A stretch of 64,000 bases of DNA from Spirochaetota bacterium (GCA_963664815.2 CAXXHB010000003.1:160001-224000), one strand, 5' to 3'; numbered from the stretch's first letter, positions 24,735 through 36,025 are shown. Numbers and translations: made by a program. The notes: generated from the sequence alone by a model not told the origin.

Positions 24735-25304
24735 ATGAAAAAAAATCTAATTTTTGTATGTGTTTTGACTGTAGTGTTTAGTCTGGCAACTGATGCTTTC
24801 ACGGCAAGCTCTAGAAAAAAGTATTTTTTAAAACCTCAAATAGGTTTATGGTATGGACCTATTACTCCAATATTTAATACAGCAGAACATGTAGATACTA
24901 ATCTAGGGGGTGGTGCATTTTTTAGATATAATCTTCCGTATGAACCACTAAAGATTGGTCTTGAAGCTTCATATCAGGGATTTGATTCGAGTGGAGTAGA
25001 TAAACTGCGACTCTACCCGGTATATATGAATTTTATTTATTTACTTCCGATTGATCTTCCGGTTAAAATACAACTTAAAGGTGGTGGTGGATTCTGTAAT
25101 GTGCATATGGAGCCTGATAATGTAACTCAGTGGGATCCGATGTTCATGGCCGGAACTGAAATTTCCTTTCCGGCGGGAAAATTGGCAAACATTGCTTTGA
25201 GGATAGATTATCTCTGCCTTTATGAAAATTATCTGCCGAATGAACCTAAAAACGGTTATGTGATTAATGCCGGAATTTCTCTGTACTTTAATCTTAATTT
25301 GTAG
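24735..25304 (+). CDS. Outer-membrane beta-barrel protein (small, OMP_b-brl-like)
   Basis: Signal peptide; alternating aromatic beta-strands; C-terminal AGISLYF strand. Confidence 0.65.
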   Translation: MKKNLIFVCVLTVVFSLATDAFTASSRKKYFLKPQIGLWYGPITPIFNTAEHVDTNLGGGAFFRYNLPYEPLKIGLEASYQGFDSSGVDKLRLYPVYMNFIYLLPIDLPVKIQLKGGGGFCNVHMEPDNVTQWDPMFMAGTEISFPAGKLANIALRIDYLCLYENYLPNEPKNGYVINAGISLYFNLNL

Positions 25305-25322
25305 AATGGTGTTTGATATATA

Positions 25323-26675
25323 ATGAAATATAAGAATATAATGCTAATGATTGTTCTTTTCTTTTTTGTGGGGTGTGGTGATACTCCAATATTCAAAGAA
25401 ATGGATACAAACAGATTAAAAGTTAAGATCAAAGGTACTTTTGAGACTGATGGGGATTCTAATTTTATCACTATGGTCGGGCAAGATCCAAAAGCTGCAC
25501 CGATAGAAGATACAAATTCAGTTGATGATGTTCAACTTACAGCAGGAACGAATGATACGCTTCCAACTACTCTTATGTTTGATATTGCCGAAGTGAGGTT
25601 AAATGGGAAAAAGTTTTCAAACTATAGAAAAGTTATTGAAGCTTCGTTAACCGGAGATGATACTTTTTTTAATGGGAGCGGTATTGAATTGGAAAATGAT
25701 GATCCTGGCAATGGTCATTATGATACTGTTCAAGTGTACATAAGAAAAATGATTTTAGATAATGCGATGATATACCAATCGGTTGGAAGCTCCCTGACTT
25801 ATGAAGAACCTGCTACTGTCATCTTTCATGAAGCAACAAGGCAGGGATTTGATTTTAATCAGCTTCAGGTAAATTCATATTGGGACAGTCTTAGAACAGA
25901 AGCTAGTACGATATTAAGAAATTTTCCAGTTGAAATACCTATAACCGGTGGGCTTGATTATGACAGTGAGAATGAAGAAACTGTTCTTGAAATAAGGTTT
26001 GTAATAAAGAATTTTATTAAAAAATATGAATATGATTATTACGATGAAGGTGTATTTAAGGTTTGTCACTATTTTGCTCCTTCTGACTGGCTGCGAGATA
26101 TAAGGGCTGGTGAAAATGATATCGGACGTAATCTTCACGCTGTTGCAAGGGCATATGTCCCCGGAAAGACAGGAAGTGTAACTGTTACTGGGGTAGCTTC
26201 TGGTTATTATGTTATTGCAATTCCAGAGAGTGAACCTATTACAGATTATTTTATAACTGACACAGGTGTTAATTTGAGAAATGCAGTTAACACTACAACT
26301 AATTGCGATCTTCCACAATCTCCTTCATACCCTGGAGCATATATTGAAGCTGTTCTCGATTATTATCTGAAATATGAAGATTACAAATATGATTGGAATA
26401 TAGCTGTCAGTACGTGTGGTACTCTTACTACTTATGAAAGTAAATGGGATACATATGAAGCTGCGGTTAAGAATTTTAAAATTGCACCTTATGTTGCATA
26501 TTCCGGTTCAGGAACTACTGTAAAATTTAATAATATGGCACCGGGAAAGTATAAATTTTATACAGTTGCACAACCGGCTTACGGTTCACTTTTTTCAGGA
26601 GCGAGTCCGTTTACAGCGCATAATTCAGGTACGGCTGAAACTATTACTACAGGGACTCAGACAATAGCTTTTTGA
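25323..26675 (+). CDS. Surface lipoprotein, resembles Leptospira LIC11270-type family (from recall)
   Basis: Lipobox FVGC; motifs KGTFETD, DIAEVRL, FNGSG..NDDP, SDW, DIG. Confidence 0.6.
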   Translation: MKYKNIMLMIVLFFFVGCGDTPIFKEMDTNRLKVKIKGTFETDGDSNFITMVGQDPKAAPIEDTNSVDDVQLTAGTNDTLPTTLMFDIAEVRLNGKKFSNYRKVIEASLTGDDTFFNGSGIELENDDPGNGHYDTVQVYIRKMILDNAMIYQSVGSSLTYEEPATVIFHEATRQGFDFNQLQVNSYWDSLRTEASTILRNFPVEIPITGGLDYDSENEETVLEIRFVIKNFIKKYEYDYYDEGVFKVCHYFAPSDWLRDIRAGENDIGRNLHAVARAYVPGKTGSVTVTGVASGYYVIAIPESEPITDYFITDTGVNLRNAVNTTTNCDLPQSPSYPGAYIEAVLDYYLKYEDYKYDWNIAVSTCGTLTTYESKWDTYEAAVKNFKIAPYVAYSGSGTTVKFNNMAPGKYKFYTVAQPAYGSLFSGASPFTAHNSGTAETITTGTQTIAF

Positions 26676-26701
26676 AATAGTATAAAATCACGGATAAATA
26701 T

Positions 26702-27922
26702 ATGTCACAAAAAATTATAGTACAAAAATACGGTGGAACGTCGGTTAAAGATCCCGAAAGAATTAAAGCAGTTGCATCAAGGGTAAAGACTTATATCGAT
26801 AAAGGTTATTCCGTAGTGGTAGTTGTTTCTGCAATGGGTAAGACGACGGATGTATTGATAGAACTTGCGAAAGAGATTTCAGATAATCCTTCAAAGCGAG
26901 AAATGGATATGCTTCTTTCCACCGGTGAACAGGTATCTATAGCATTGCTTGCAATTGCTCTTCAAGAAGCTGGAATTGATGCTATTTCGTATACAGGCTC
27001 ACAGATAAAGATGATGACAGACGGGAATTTCTCGAACGCGAAAATAGAGAATATTTCAACAGAAAAAATTATTAAATCTATTGAAGAAAAGAAAGTTGTA
27101 ATAGTAGCAGGTTTTCAGGGTATTGATGAGGATGGAAATATAACAACACTAGGACGGGGAGGTTCTGATACTTCGGCAGTTGCACTGGCAGCGGTACTTA
27201 AAACTAGAGATTGTGAAATATATACAGATGTTGACGGAGTTTACACTGCAGATCCTAGAATGATTTCACAAACAAGAAAACTAAAAGAAATTAGCTATGA
27301 TGAGATGCTTGAGCTGGCCAGGCTAGGTGCAGGAGTTTTGCACTCGAGATCTGTTGAGTTTGCAAAGAAATATAATATACGATTACATGTAAGGTCGAGT
27401 TTTTCATTTGATGAAGGAACAATTGTAATGCCTATGGAGGAGATGATGGAAAAATTTATCATTAGCGGGATTACAGCAAAGCAGGATGAAGCTAAGGTTA
27501 CTATTAGAGATATACCAGATAAGCCGGGGATTTCTGCAAAATTGTTTAATGAACTGGGGAAATGTAAGATTTATGTAAATATGATTGTTCAATCAACAGG
27601 GCATGACAATAGAGCTTCAATATCATTTACTGTAAAAAAAGAAGATCTCGTTAAGACTATTGAAATATGTAACGAGCTGAATAAAGAGTTTGGCGGTAGT
27701 GCGGTTGAATCTAAGGAGAATATTGCTATTGTTTCAGCTGTTGGAGTGGGAATGCTTTCATCTTATGGAGTTGCAGGAAAGATGTTCGGCGTTCTGTCAG
27801 AACAGAATATCAATATTGAAATGATTTCGACATCCGAGATAGGAATATCATGTGTTATTGATTCGATTTATGCCGAGCTTGCAGCTAAACTACTTCATAA
27901 AGCATTTATAGAAGCAAACTGA
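26702..27922 (+). CDS. lysC: Aspartate kinase
   Basis: [19 protein letters not shown], two ACT domains. Confidence 0.96.
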   Translation: MSQKIIVQKYGGTSVKDPERIKAVASRVKTYIDKGYSVVVVVSAMGKTTDVLIELAKEISDNPSKREMDMLLSTGEQVSIALLAIALQEAGIDAISYTGSQIKMMTDGNFSNAKIENISTEKIIKSIEEKKVVIVAGFQGIDEDGNITTLGRGGSDTSAVALAAVLKTRDCEIYTDVDGVYTADPRMISQTRKLKEISYDEMLELARLGAGVLHSRSVEFAKKYNIRLHVRSSFSFDEGTIVMPMEEMMEKFIISGITAKQDEAKVTIRDIPDKPGISAKLFNELGKCKIYVNMIVQSTGHDNRASISFTVKKEDLVKTIEICNELNKEFGGSAVESKENIAIVSAVGVGMLSSYGVAGKMFGVLSEQNINIEMISTSEIGISCVIDSIYAELAAKLLHKAFIEAN

Positions 27923-27924
27923 TT

Positions 27925-29025
27925 ATGATAAAAGTTGGAGTTCTTTATGGAGGACGTTCTGGAGAACATGATGTATCTAAGTGCTCGGCAGCTTCGGTAA
28001 TCAGGTATCTGGATAAATTGAAGTATGAAGTTATTGCCATCGGTATTGATCATGACGGAAGATGGTATGTTCAGGATACTCCTGAATTTATTGAAGATAA
28101 AGACTTCGGGTTTGTTTTAAACTTAAAGAAAACTGGCGACTGGTTTATAAATCATTATGAGCGCGAAGGGCGATTATTTCTTCATGAAAAAGATTCCGGG
28201 AGAGAAGTTTCTGTTGATGTAGTATTTCCTGTTGTGCATGGAACATTTTGTGAAGATGGAACTCTTCAAGGGTTGCTTGAACTGGCTATGGTACCTTATG
28301 TGGGAGCAGATGTGGTCGGTTCAGCAATCGGGATGGACAAAGATGTGGCAAAACGCTTGTTGCGTGATTCGGGAGTTCCTGTTGTTGACTGGATAAGGGT
28401 TGTTAAGTCGCAGTGGGATAATCAAAAGATAAATATTAAAAATGGAATTCAAAATAAAATTGGTTTTCCATGTTTTATTAAACCTTGTAACACAGGATCA
28501 TCTGTTGGAATTTCAAAGGTAAAATATTTTGAGTCACTTGAAAAAGCTATTGATGATGCATTCTTATGGGATAATAAAATTCTTATAGAAAAAGGTATTA
28601 ATGCAAGAGAAATTGAATTTTCTGTAATCGGGAATGATAATCCTGAATCATCAATTCCGGGTGAAATCAGACCCCGACATGAATTTTATTCCTATGAGGC
28701 AAAATACTTAGATACTGATGGAGCCGAACTTTTAATTCCAGCTGATATAGATTCTGAATTAACTGAAAAAATGAAAAAAACAGCAGTTGAGGGGTACACA
28801 ACATTATGTTGTACAGGTATGGCTCGAGTTGACTTTTTTCTTGATATGAACTCTAATAAGTTTTACCTTAATGAAATCAATACAATTCCTGGATTTACAA
28901 ATATCAGTATGTATCCGAAGTTATGGGGGAAATCAGGTATTGATTATCCTTCACTTCTGGAAAAGCTCATTTCTCTGGCATTTGAGCGGAGAAAAAGTAA
29001 AAATAGGCTAAGAACGATGTTTTGA
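27925..29025 (+). CDS. ddl: D-alanine--D-alanine ligase
   Basis: GGRSGEHDVS, HGTFCEDG, GSSVG, NEINTIPGFT. Confidence 0.96.
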   Translation: MIKVGVLYGGRSGEHDVSKCSAASVIRYLDKLKYEVIAIGIDHDGRWYVQDTPEFIEDKDFGFVLNLKKTGDWFINHYEREGRLFLHEKDSGREVSVDVVFPVVHGTFCEDGTLQGLLELAMVPYVGADVVGSAIGMDKDVAKRLLRDSGVPVVDWIRVVKSQWDNQKINIKNGIQNKIGFPCFIKPCNTGSSVGISKVKYFESLEKAIDDAFLWDNKILIEKGINAREIEFSVIGNDNPESSIPGEIRPRHEFYSYEAKYLDTDGAELLIPADIDSELTEKMKKTAVEGYTTLCCTGMARVDFFLDMNSNKFYLNEINTIPGFTNISMYPKLWGKSGIDYPSLLEKLISLAFERRKSKNRLRTMF

Positions 29026-29135
29026 TATATATTACCTTCCAAATTGTTCAGGTTGAGTATGTTTATATTTATCTTGACAATAAACGATAGAATCATTTTA
29101 ATTTAGACTGAAAAAAATCAATAACGGGATATTAT

Positions 29136-29891
29136 ATGAGCAGAAGAAAATCAATTATTCCAAGTATTTTTACTATGGGGAACATGTTAATGGGATTTAT
29201 CTCTATTTTGTTCTCTGCAAAATATGTATCAACGTATGGTGATAAAAGCTATCTTGTGATTGCTGGTTCATTGATATTCATTGGCGCAATTTTTGATGCT
29301 TTTGATGGAGCAATTGCGCGAGCTCTTGATGTTGAAAGTGAAATAGGTATGCAACTTGATTCTCTTGCCGATGCCGTTTCATATGGTATAGCACCTGGTG
29401 TGCTTGCATATCAGGCATATTTGCATAATTTGCCAGAGGTTTTTAATGTTAGTATTGGTGTATTAATTGCTGCTATTTTTCCAATTTGTACAATATACAG
29501 GCTTGCAAGGTTTAATTGTGAAGAAGGGGGAGATGGTTTTACTGGTTTGCCGTCGCCACCTGCTGGTATTATGGTGAGTATTGTTCCATCATTATATAGT
29601 GTTGATGTTGTATATTTTGGTGAATTGTATTGTGATGTAAATATTTATGCCTATACGTTTTTTTATATTATAATAGCTCTTTTAATGATTTCAAAAATTC
29701 CTTATTCAAAACTTTTTGCGGATATATGGAAAATGGGAATTTCAGCAAGAATAATAATGATGTCAACAGTTATCATGTTGCTTTATTTCTTTAGATCTTG
29801 GTCAATATTTGGGGTTGCTATAATTTATATATTTTTTGGCATTATAAAATTTGTATATCAGTTTTCCAAGACTAGCGGTAAAAATAGTTAA
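29136..29891 (+). CDS. pssA: CDP-alcohol phosphatidyltransferase (phosphatidylserine synthase-like)
   Basis: DAFDGAIAR...G..LDSLAD; RLARFN; FTGLPSP. Confidence 0.85.
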   Translation: MSRRKSIIPSIFTMGNMLMGFISILFSAKYVSTYGDKSYLVIAGSLIFIGAIFDAFDGAIARALDVESEIGMQLDSLADAVSYGIAPGVLAYQAYLHNLPEVFNVSIGVLIAAIFPICTIYRLARFNCEEGGDGFTGLPSPPAGIMVSIVPSLYSVDVVYFGELYCDVNIYAYTFFYIIIALLMISKIPYSKLFADIWKMGISARIIMMSTVIMLLYFFRSWSIFGVAIIYIFFGIIKFVYQFSKTSGKNS

Positions 29892-30364
29892 TGGATGAAT
29901 TTACTCATTACAGTGACAATGGAAGGGCTGTTATGGTTGATATCAGTCCAAAAGTTTTGTCGGATAGGTATGCTAAGGCCTGTTCTTTTGTAAGAATGAG
30001 TTTTTCTACTATTGAAGCAATTGAAAAAAAACTTCTTCCAAAAGGTGATATCTTTGAGGTAGCGCGAATAGCAGGGATTTTAGCTGCTAAAAAAACTTCT
30101 GATCTTATTCCAATGTGCCATCCTTTAAAACTTGATTTTATTGATGTATCAATACGAGTAGATCGTATAAAATCAGGTGTTGAGATTTTTTCTGAAGTAA
30201 AATTAAGTGGAAAAACTGGTGTTGAAATGGAGGCTCTTACAGCCGTTTCAGTTGCAGCACTTACGGTATATGATATGTGTAAAGCTGTAGATAAAAATAT
30301 GATAATTGATGGCTGCAGACTTGTAGAAAAAAAAGGGGGGAAGTCTGATTATCAATCAATTTAA
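29891..30364 (+). CDS. moaC: Cyclic pyranopterin monophosphate synthase
   Basis: MVDIS, LIPMCHP, TGVEMEAL, YDMCK, KKGGKS. Confidence 0.96.
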   Translation: MDEFTHYSDNGRAVMVDISPKVLSDRYAKACSFVRMSFSTIEAIEKKLLPKGDIFEVARIAGILAAKKTSDLIPMCHPLKLDFIDVSIRVDRIKSGVEIFSEVKLSGKTGVEMEALTAVSVAALTVYDMCKAVDKNMIIDGCRLVEKKGGKSDYQSI

Positions 30365-30437
30365 TAAAAAATGGATATTATGTTTATTTATATATCTAAA
30401 AAATTTGTAAATATTATATGTTTTTTTAAAATTTATC

Positions 30438-30465
30438 TTGAAAATTAAAGGTGCGTTTATATAAT
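30438..30465 (+). promoter_or_regulatory. Putative sigma70 promoter of groESL
   Basis: TTGAAA-N16-TATAAT directly upstream of CIRCE. Confidence 0.55.
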
Positions 30466-30472
30466 TGAATTG

Positions 30473-30498
30473 TTAGCACTCGTTAAGGTGAGTGCTAA
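30473..30498. promoter_or_regulatory. CIRCE element (HrcA operator)
   Basis: TTAGCACTC-gttaaggt-GAGTGCTAA upstream of groES. Confidence 0.9.
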
Positions 30499-30553
30499 CA
30501 ATTCAAAAAGTAAAATTCAAAAATAACCTATATTTATTCTTAAGGAGGCTAAT

Positions 30554-30838
30554 ATGGCAATAAAACCGATAGGTGACAGAGTTTTAGTACAATTAATCGA
30601 AGAAGAAGTAGCAAAAGTTGGATCCTTGTATGTTCCAGATACAGCAAAGGAGAAACCTTCTCGTGGTAAAGTAGTTGCTGTTGGAGAGGGTAGGTTTGAG
30701 GGAAAAGATCTTATACCAATGAGAGTAAAAGTTGGTGATAAAGTTCTATTTGGAAAATATGCAGGTATGGAATTAAAGTATGAGGATAAGGAATACTTAG
30801 TCCTTAACGAGCATGATATTTTAGTAATAATAGATTAA
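30554..30838 (+). CDS. groES: Co-chaperonin GroES
   Basis: [26 protein letters not shown]. Confidence 0.98.
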   Translation: MAIKPIGDRVLVQLIEEEVAKVGSLYVPDTAKEKPSRGKVVAVGEGRFEGKDLIPMRVKVGDKVLFGKYAGMELKYEDKEYLVLNEHDILVIID

Positions 30839-30876
30839 TTAACATTAACGAAAAATAATCATAAAAGGGGATTAAT

Positions 30877-32523
30877 ATGGCAAAGATATTAAAGTATAAT
30901 GACGAAGCAAGAAGAGCTATTCTTGAGGGAGTCGTGAAACTTTCCGATGCAGTTCAGGTTACTCTGGGACCTCGCGGGAGAAATGTGGCAATTGATAAGA
31001 GATTCGGTGCTCCAACAGTTACAAAAGACGGCGTTACTGTTGCAAGGGAAATTGAACTTGAAGATTCATTTGAAAATATGGGCGCACAGATGGTTAAAGA
31101 AGTTGCTATTAAGACAAATGATATAGCTGGTGATGGGACTACAACTGCAACAATCCTTGCAGCTGCTATTTATAGAGAAAGTCTTAAAAATGTTACTGCT
31201 GGTGCGAATCCAATGGATCTTAAAAGAGGAATCGACAAAGCTGTTGAATCAGCAGTAAATTATGTAGCTTCTGTTTCAAGAGAGATAAAAGATAAAAAAG
31301 AAATTGCACAAGTTGCTGCAATATCTGCAAATAACGATATGGAAATCGGTAATCTTATTGCAGATGCAATGGACAAAGTTGGTAAAGACGGTGTTATAAC
31401 TGTTGAAGAGGCAAAATCAATTGAAACTACTCTTGAAGTTGTTGAGGGAATGCAGTTTGACAGAGGTTATATTTCTCCATATATGGCAACCAATCCTGAA
31501 ACAATGCAGGCTGTTCTAGATGATGCATTTATTCTTATACATGATAAAAAAATAGCTACAATGAAAGATTTGCTTCCTGTTCTTGAGAAAGTTGCACAGG
31601 CTGGAAGACCGCTTCTTATCATTGCAGAAGAAGTAGAAGGTGAAGCTCTTGCAACAATAGTAGTAAATACTTTAAGAAAAACAATAAATTGCGTAGCGGT
31701 TAAAGCACCAGGTTTCGGTGATAGAAGAAAAGCAATGCTTGAAGATATAGCTATTCTCACACGAGGACAGGTAGTATCAGAAGATTTAGGAATGAAGCTC
31801 GATAATACTACAATTGATATGCTCGGACGAGCGAAAAAAATTATTGTTGATAAGGAAACTACAACAATAATTGAAGGTGCTGGGGTACAACAGGAAGTAA
31901 AATCAAGAATTGTTCAGATTCAGAAACAAATTGAAGAATCAACATCTGAATATGATATCGAGAAGCTTCAGGAAAGAAAAGCGAAACTTGCTGGAGGAGT
32001 AGCTGTAATCAATGTTGGTGCAGCAACTGAAGTTGAACTTAAAGAGAAAAAAGCAAGAGTTGAAGATGCTCTCTCTGCAACAAGGTCAGCAGTTGAGGAA
32101 GGTATTGTTCCTGGTGGAGGATTAACTCTTATACATGCACAGAAATCAGTTAGGGAAACTGCTGCTAAGCTTTTAGGTGATGAAAGAATTGGTGCGGAGA
32201 TTATTGCAAAAGCTATTGAAACTCCAATGAAGCAAATTGCTTCTAATGCAGGGCTGGAAGGTTCTGTAATAGTTGAAAAAGCGAAAGAGGAAAAACCTGG
32301 AATTGGTTTTAACGCGTATTCATTAACATGGGTGAATATGATTGATGCTGGTATTATTGATCCAGCAAAGGTTGTTCGTTCAGCTCTTCAGAATGCTGCA
32401 TCTGTTGCAGGAATGCTTTGTACAACAGAAGTTCTTATCTCTGATAAAAAGGAAGAAGAAAAAATGGGTGGCATGCCTGGCGGCGGAATGGGCGGTATGG
32501 GCGGTATGGGCGGTATGTATTAA
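30877..32523 (+). CDS. groEL: Chaperonin GroEL
   Basis: [17 protein letters not shown] tail. Confidence 0.99.
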   Translation: MAKILKYNDEARRAILEGVVKLSDAVQVTLGPRGRNVAIDKRFGAPTVTKDGVTVAREIELEDSFENMGAQMVKEVAIKTNDIAGDGTTTATILAAAIYRESLKNVTAGANPMDLKRGIDKAVESAVNYVASVSREIKDKKEIAQVAAISANNDMEIGNLIADAMDKVGKDGVITVEEAKSIETTLEVVEGMQFDRGYISPYMATNPETMQAVLDDAFILIHDKKIATMKDLLPVLEKVAQAGRPLLIIAEEVEGEALATIVVNTLRKTINCVAVKAPGFGDRRKAMLEDIAILTRGQVVSEDLGMKLDNTTIDMLGRAKKIIVDKETTTIIEGAGVQQEVKSRIVQIQKQIEESTSEYDIEKLQERKAKLAGGVAVINVGAATEVELKEKKARVEDALSATRSAVEEGIVPGGGLTLIHAQKSVRETAAKLLGDERIGAEIIAKAIETPMKQIASNAGLEGSVIVEKAKEEKPGIGFNAYSLTWVNMIDAGIIDPAKVVRSALQNAASVAGMLCTTEVLISDKKEEEKMGGMPGGGMGGMGGMGGMY

Positions 32524-32551
32524 AACCGGAATATTTAACACCGGAAAATAT

Positions 32552-32588
32552 AAAAAAAGAGGGTGGTCAATGATCGCCCTCTTTTTTT
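32552..32588. terminator. Bidirectional intrinsic terminator after groEL
   Basis: aaaaaaagagggtggtca-a-tgatcgccctcttttttt. Confidence 0.85.
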
Positions 32589-32606
32589 ATAAATTTATAA
32601 AATCAA

Positions 32607-34892
32607 TTATTCATTTGTAAGGATAGTTGTATTAATTGGAGAAGATATACTCATGTCTTCAAAATTTTCAATAATGTTATTTCCGTAGTAATAATCTGAA
32701 AATATTAAAGTTGAATAAGCAAAATTCATTTTAAAAAGAAAAGAATTGTTAACCATAAAAGATTGGAAAGACGTTGATGAAACTGTTGAATATCTTGAGT
32801 TTTGAATAACATTCTCTATAGTATCAGGACCACCGGATAGATGACAATATTCAATTTTAAAAAGTCTTGATAGGAAATTTAGTTTTTCATCAGGAATTTT
32901 ATATTTTGATTTAGTCAGAAGTCCCCATCTCCAGTTTTCCATATATGGTCCATCTTTTCTATTTAAAAACCTCATGGCGTCCATAAAAGCTGTGTCGAAA
33001 ATCATTTCTCTGCTTTCTACATTTGGTGTATCAGGATTGTCAAAAATAGTGGTTAAATTTTTTTGACTTTGTTTAAAGAAGTCTGAATAAAGTAAATAAG
33101 CGCTGTTTAAATTAAATTCAGAATCTTTTCCGAAATCATCCTTGTATGCTTCAGTTATATAATGCCCAAGTATAGTATAAAAAATAGTTGGAGATTGCAA
33201 TCCTGATTTAGCTGTAAAATCCCAATCGTTGAAATAAATCATCGATAGCTTTGAAGAAGTAAGAGGCGTGTTCCTGAGAATTGAACTGAAAAGAGGGAAA
33301 AATTTTTCTGCAGCCATTGAATGAGTGTCAGTGATAATATTTTTTACAAGATCATTATCATAAATTTTTTTTTGTACAAGAAGAGAATTAAATCTTTCAA
33401 TTTTAAAATCATTAGTAATAATATTATTATAGTTATCAGGAATATCTTTTATGGTTATCAGATCGCTTCCAGCATAATCAATCCCTGTAATTTTTTTAGA
33501 GATTGAAATTTTAGTATAAGGTGATTTATTGAAGTAAAGATTGGAAGAATTTGAACCATCTATAAATATTTTATTATTATTATCAGATTTAATAATCATT
33601 CCTGTGAATACTTTATAAGCATTTATATAATCTGATAAAATAAAACATTTTAAAGAAGAATCATTTGCAAGTAGCATTTGTTTTATTTTTTCAATATCGT
33701 TTTCGAATGGTATTTGTAACATCATATTTACATATTCAGTTTCTTCTTGAGCTGATTCAATGACTAGTATTTTTGTATCAGTTTTTTTTGAACTTATAAG
33801 TTCGCTGAATACAGGTCCTTTTTCAGTAATCCATTTAATTTGTGAAGCCTTTTCATTTTCATTAAATACTGGAATTCGCGTAGATAGATATTCTTTCCAT
33901 ACACCAGCTGATTTGTATTTTGGAATGTTTTCAATAGTATTCGTTTCGAAGAGGTAAAAGTTTTGAGAATCAGCATTAATATTAATTTGGGTTAATGAAA
34001 TAGAATCACTTTTGAATGACAGAATGAAAGGTAATCCATTGTAAGTAATAGCACAGATTTTTTTACCTTTTAAAACTAATGTTACGGGATACCATCCGGG
34101 ATAAATATTTGCTGAATCTTCAAAATTGAGAGTTGTATAAGGGCTTTTTCCGGTAGTTGAAAATTCAGGGGCTATGTATATAGAATTGCCACGGGCAAAT
34201 GTACAGATGTATTTTTCAATTATTTCTTTAATTCTTCTCAGTGTGTATAAATGCCTTATGTCATCATCGCTATAAAAAGAGACATATCTGGTATCATCAA
34301 ATATATTTTTAGCAGATGATATTTTTGTGTCTGAAAGATTAAATATTAATTCTTTATTATTAAGAAAAGAATTAGCCCACTCTTTCATGAGTAAAACTGC
34401 TAGAACATCTTCTATGGTCCATTCACGACTAAGAAAATTTCGTACAGAATTTTTATTTCGTACATGATTGATACCATTTACATAACATTTCAATGAAGCA
34501 ATATCTGCTTCTTGGAGTGTGGCAACAATATCACCGGCTTTTTTTGTAAAACCTGCAGTATTACAAAGATCATTGAGAAGAACTTTGTCATTCAGAGCAA
34601 AACGGCCTGAATCACCTGTTGCAATTGATCTCTGATATTCGATAATATTAATTCTATCTTTTGCATGAAGATAACCAAGCGCAAAATAAAAATCATTTAT
34701 TGATTCGGCTTCAATTGTAGGTGTACCACTATCATTTCTTGTGATTATTACTTTAGAATCTACATTATCCTTTTCAATTGTATTATATGAAATTTTAAAA
34801 ACATTAAAAATAATATAAAGTGTTACAGGTATAATAATGATAATGGATGCTATAATAATAACGGTAATTTTAAATTTCTTTTTTAAAATCAT
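32607..34892 (-). CDS. Penicillin acylase (Ntn-hydrolase S45) family protein, catalytic motifs degenerate
   Basis: N-terminal TM; ITRNDSGTPTIEA...FALGYLHAKDR, YVNGIN, GPV, WRWG. Confidence 0.75.
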   Translation of the reverse strand: MILKKKFKITVIIIASIIIIIPVTLYIIFNVFKISYNTIEKDNVDSKVIITRNDSGTPTIEAESINDFYFALGYLHAKDRINIIEYQRSIATGDSGRFALNDKVLLNDLCNTAGFTKKAGDIVATLQEADIASLKCYVNGINHVRNKNSVRNFLSREWTIEDVLAVLLMKEWANSFLNNKELIFNLSDTKISSAKNIFDDTRYVSFYSDDDIRHLYTLRRIKEIIEKYICTFARGNSIYIAPEFSTTGKSPYTTLNFEDSANIYPGWYPVTLVLKGKKICAITYNGLPFILSFKSDSISLTQININADSQNFYLFETNTIENIPKYKSAGVWKEYLSTRIPVFNENEKASQIKWITEKGPVFSELISSKKTDTKILVIESAQEETEYVNMMLQIPFENDIEKIKQMLLANDSSLKCFILSDYINAYKVFTGMIIKSDNNNKIFIDGSNSSNLYFNKSPYTKISISKKITGIDYAGSDLITIKDIPDNYNNIITNDFKIERFNSLLVQKKIYDNDLVKNIITDTHSMAAEKFFPLFSSILRNTPLTSSKLSMIYFNDWDFTAKSGLQSPTIFYTILGHYITEAYKDDFGKDSEFNLNSAYLLYSDFFKQSQKNLTTIFDNPDTPNVESREMIFDTAFMDAMRFLNRKDGPYMENWRWGLLTKSKYKIPDEKLNFLSRLFKIEYCHLSGGPDTIENVIQNSRYSTVSSTSFQSFMVNNSFLFKMNFAYSTLIFSDYYYGNNIIENFEDMSISSPINTTILTNE

Positions 34893-34897
34893 ATTCT

Positions 34898-35344
34898 TTA
34901 TTCTTTAATAACTGTAATATTTGAATTAGTAATTTCGATCTTTGTATAATAATTGTCAAGAGTTGAAAAATATCTTTTAAATTCACCTTTTACGTTTATA
35001 ATGGATATTCCTTTTTTCAGCTGTGATACTCTTTTAAGATTTTTTGTATAAATAAAACATTCAATATTTCCTTTTTCTGATTGTATATCAGCCAGAACAC
35101 AGAAATCATAATCAACATTTGTTGAATTTATTATATCTTTGACTTTAACTTCATTCAATATAAGAATTTTCTCGGAAAGGTTATTTTTTAAAAGCAGTAT
35201 TTCGGCGGGATTTTTAGAATTATCTATATTCTCCTTTGTAGTTAAAAGATCTTTAATGGTTATTTTTTCTCTGAATACAGAAACACTACCGCATGACAGC
35301 AGAGAAATTGTCAGAATTACGGAGCAGATAATCGTTGATTTCAT
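34898..35344 (-). CDS. Lipoprotein, probable OB-fold (tRNA_anti-like)
   Basis: AGGAG SD; lipobox LLSC; VKVKDI...IECF...LKKG..INVKG pattern. Confidence 0.55.
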   Translation of the reverse strand: MKSTIICSVILTISLLSCGSVSVFREKITIKDLLTTKENIDNSKNPAEILLLKNNLSEKILILNEVKVKDIINSTNVDYDFCVLADIQSEKGNIECFIYTKNLKRVSQLKKGISIINVKGEFKRYFSTLDNYYTKIEITNSNITVIKE

Positions 35345-35659
35345 TGAGCTTGAACTCCTGACTGATAAATAATATTTTTTAAATTTAATATTTGTATCTG
35401 ACTGTAAAAATAATTTATTAATAAATTCTGTCAACTTATTATAAAAATCATTTTGTATTAAAGTATATAATCAAATAAGCATGAAATAGTGTTTTTAACT
35501 ATATATTTTTCAATGGTTGATTTCAATTTTTTGTTATTGTTTTGATTTACTGATGGTGTATATAAACAATAAAGGTTCCATAATCGGAATAGGTGAAAAA
35601 TATGCTTGAAATCAATTCAAGGATGTGAATTATGTCGGATATATATAATCAAATGAGAT

Positions 35660-36025
35660 ATGCAAATGACAAAATTAAACAGAATAGATGAAGATAATAT
35701 TGTAAACAGTATCATTGGTACCGGTTCTGAATTTAAAGGTGAGTTTAAGATAAATGGCCTGCTCAGAATAGATGGTAAATTTCAGGGAACTATTGATACT
35801 CACGGGAAAGTTCTTGTCGGCCAGACCGGTGATGCAGTAACCGACATAAAGGCGAAGCTTGTTGTTGTAGGAGGAAAAGTTTCTGGTAACATTTATGCTA
35901 CAGAGAGAGTAATTCTATTATCAACCGGTGACATCAGGGGAAATATCATAACTCCAAGTCTTGTGATGGAGGAGGGTGTTAAATTTGATGGTAACTGCGT
36001 TATAAATAAAAGGGCTGAAGAGTAG
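35660..36025 (+). CDS. Bactofilin (polymer-forming cytoskeletal protein)
   Basis: SIIGTG..FKG, LRIDGKFQG, GNIITPSLVMEEG.KFDGNC. Confidence 0.92.
   Translation: MQMTKLNRIDEDNIVNSIIGTGSEFKGEFKINGLLRIDGKFQGTIDTHGKVLVGQTGDAVTDIKAKLVVVGGKVSGNIYATERVILLSTGDIRGNIITPSLVMEEGVKFDGNCVINKRAEE

Noticed and set aside
32464-32520. ggcggtatg tandem repeat
   Set aside because: Encodes the ordinary GroEL GGM tail.
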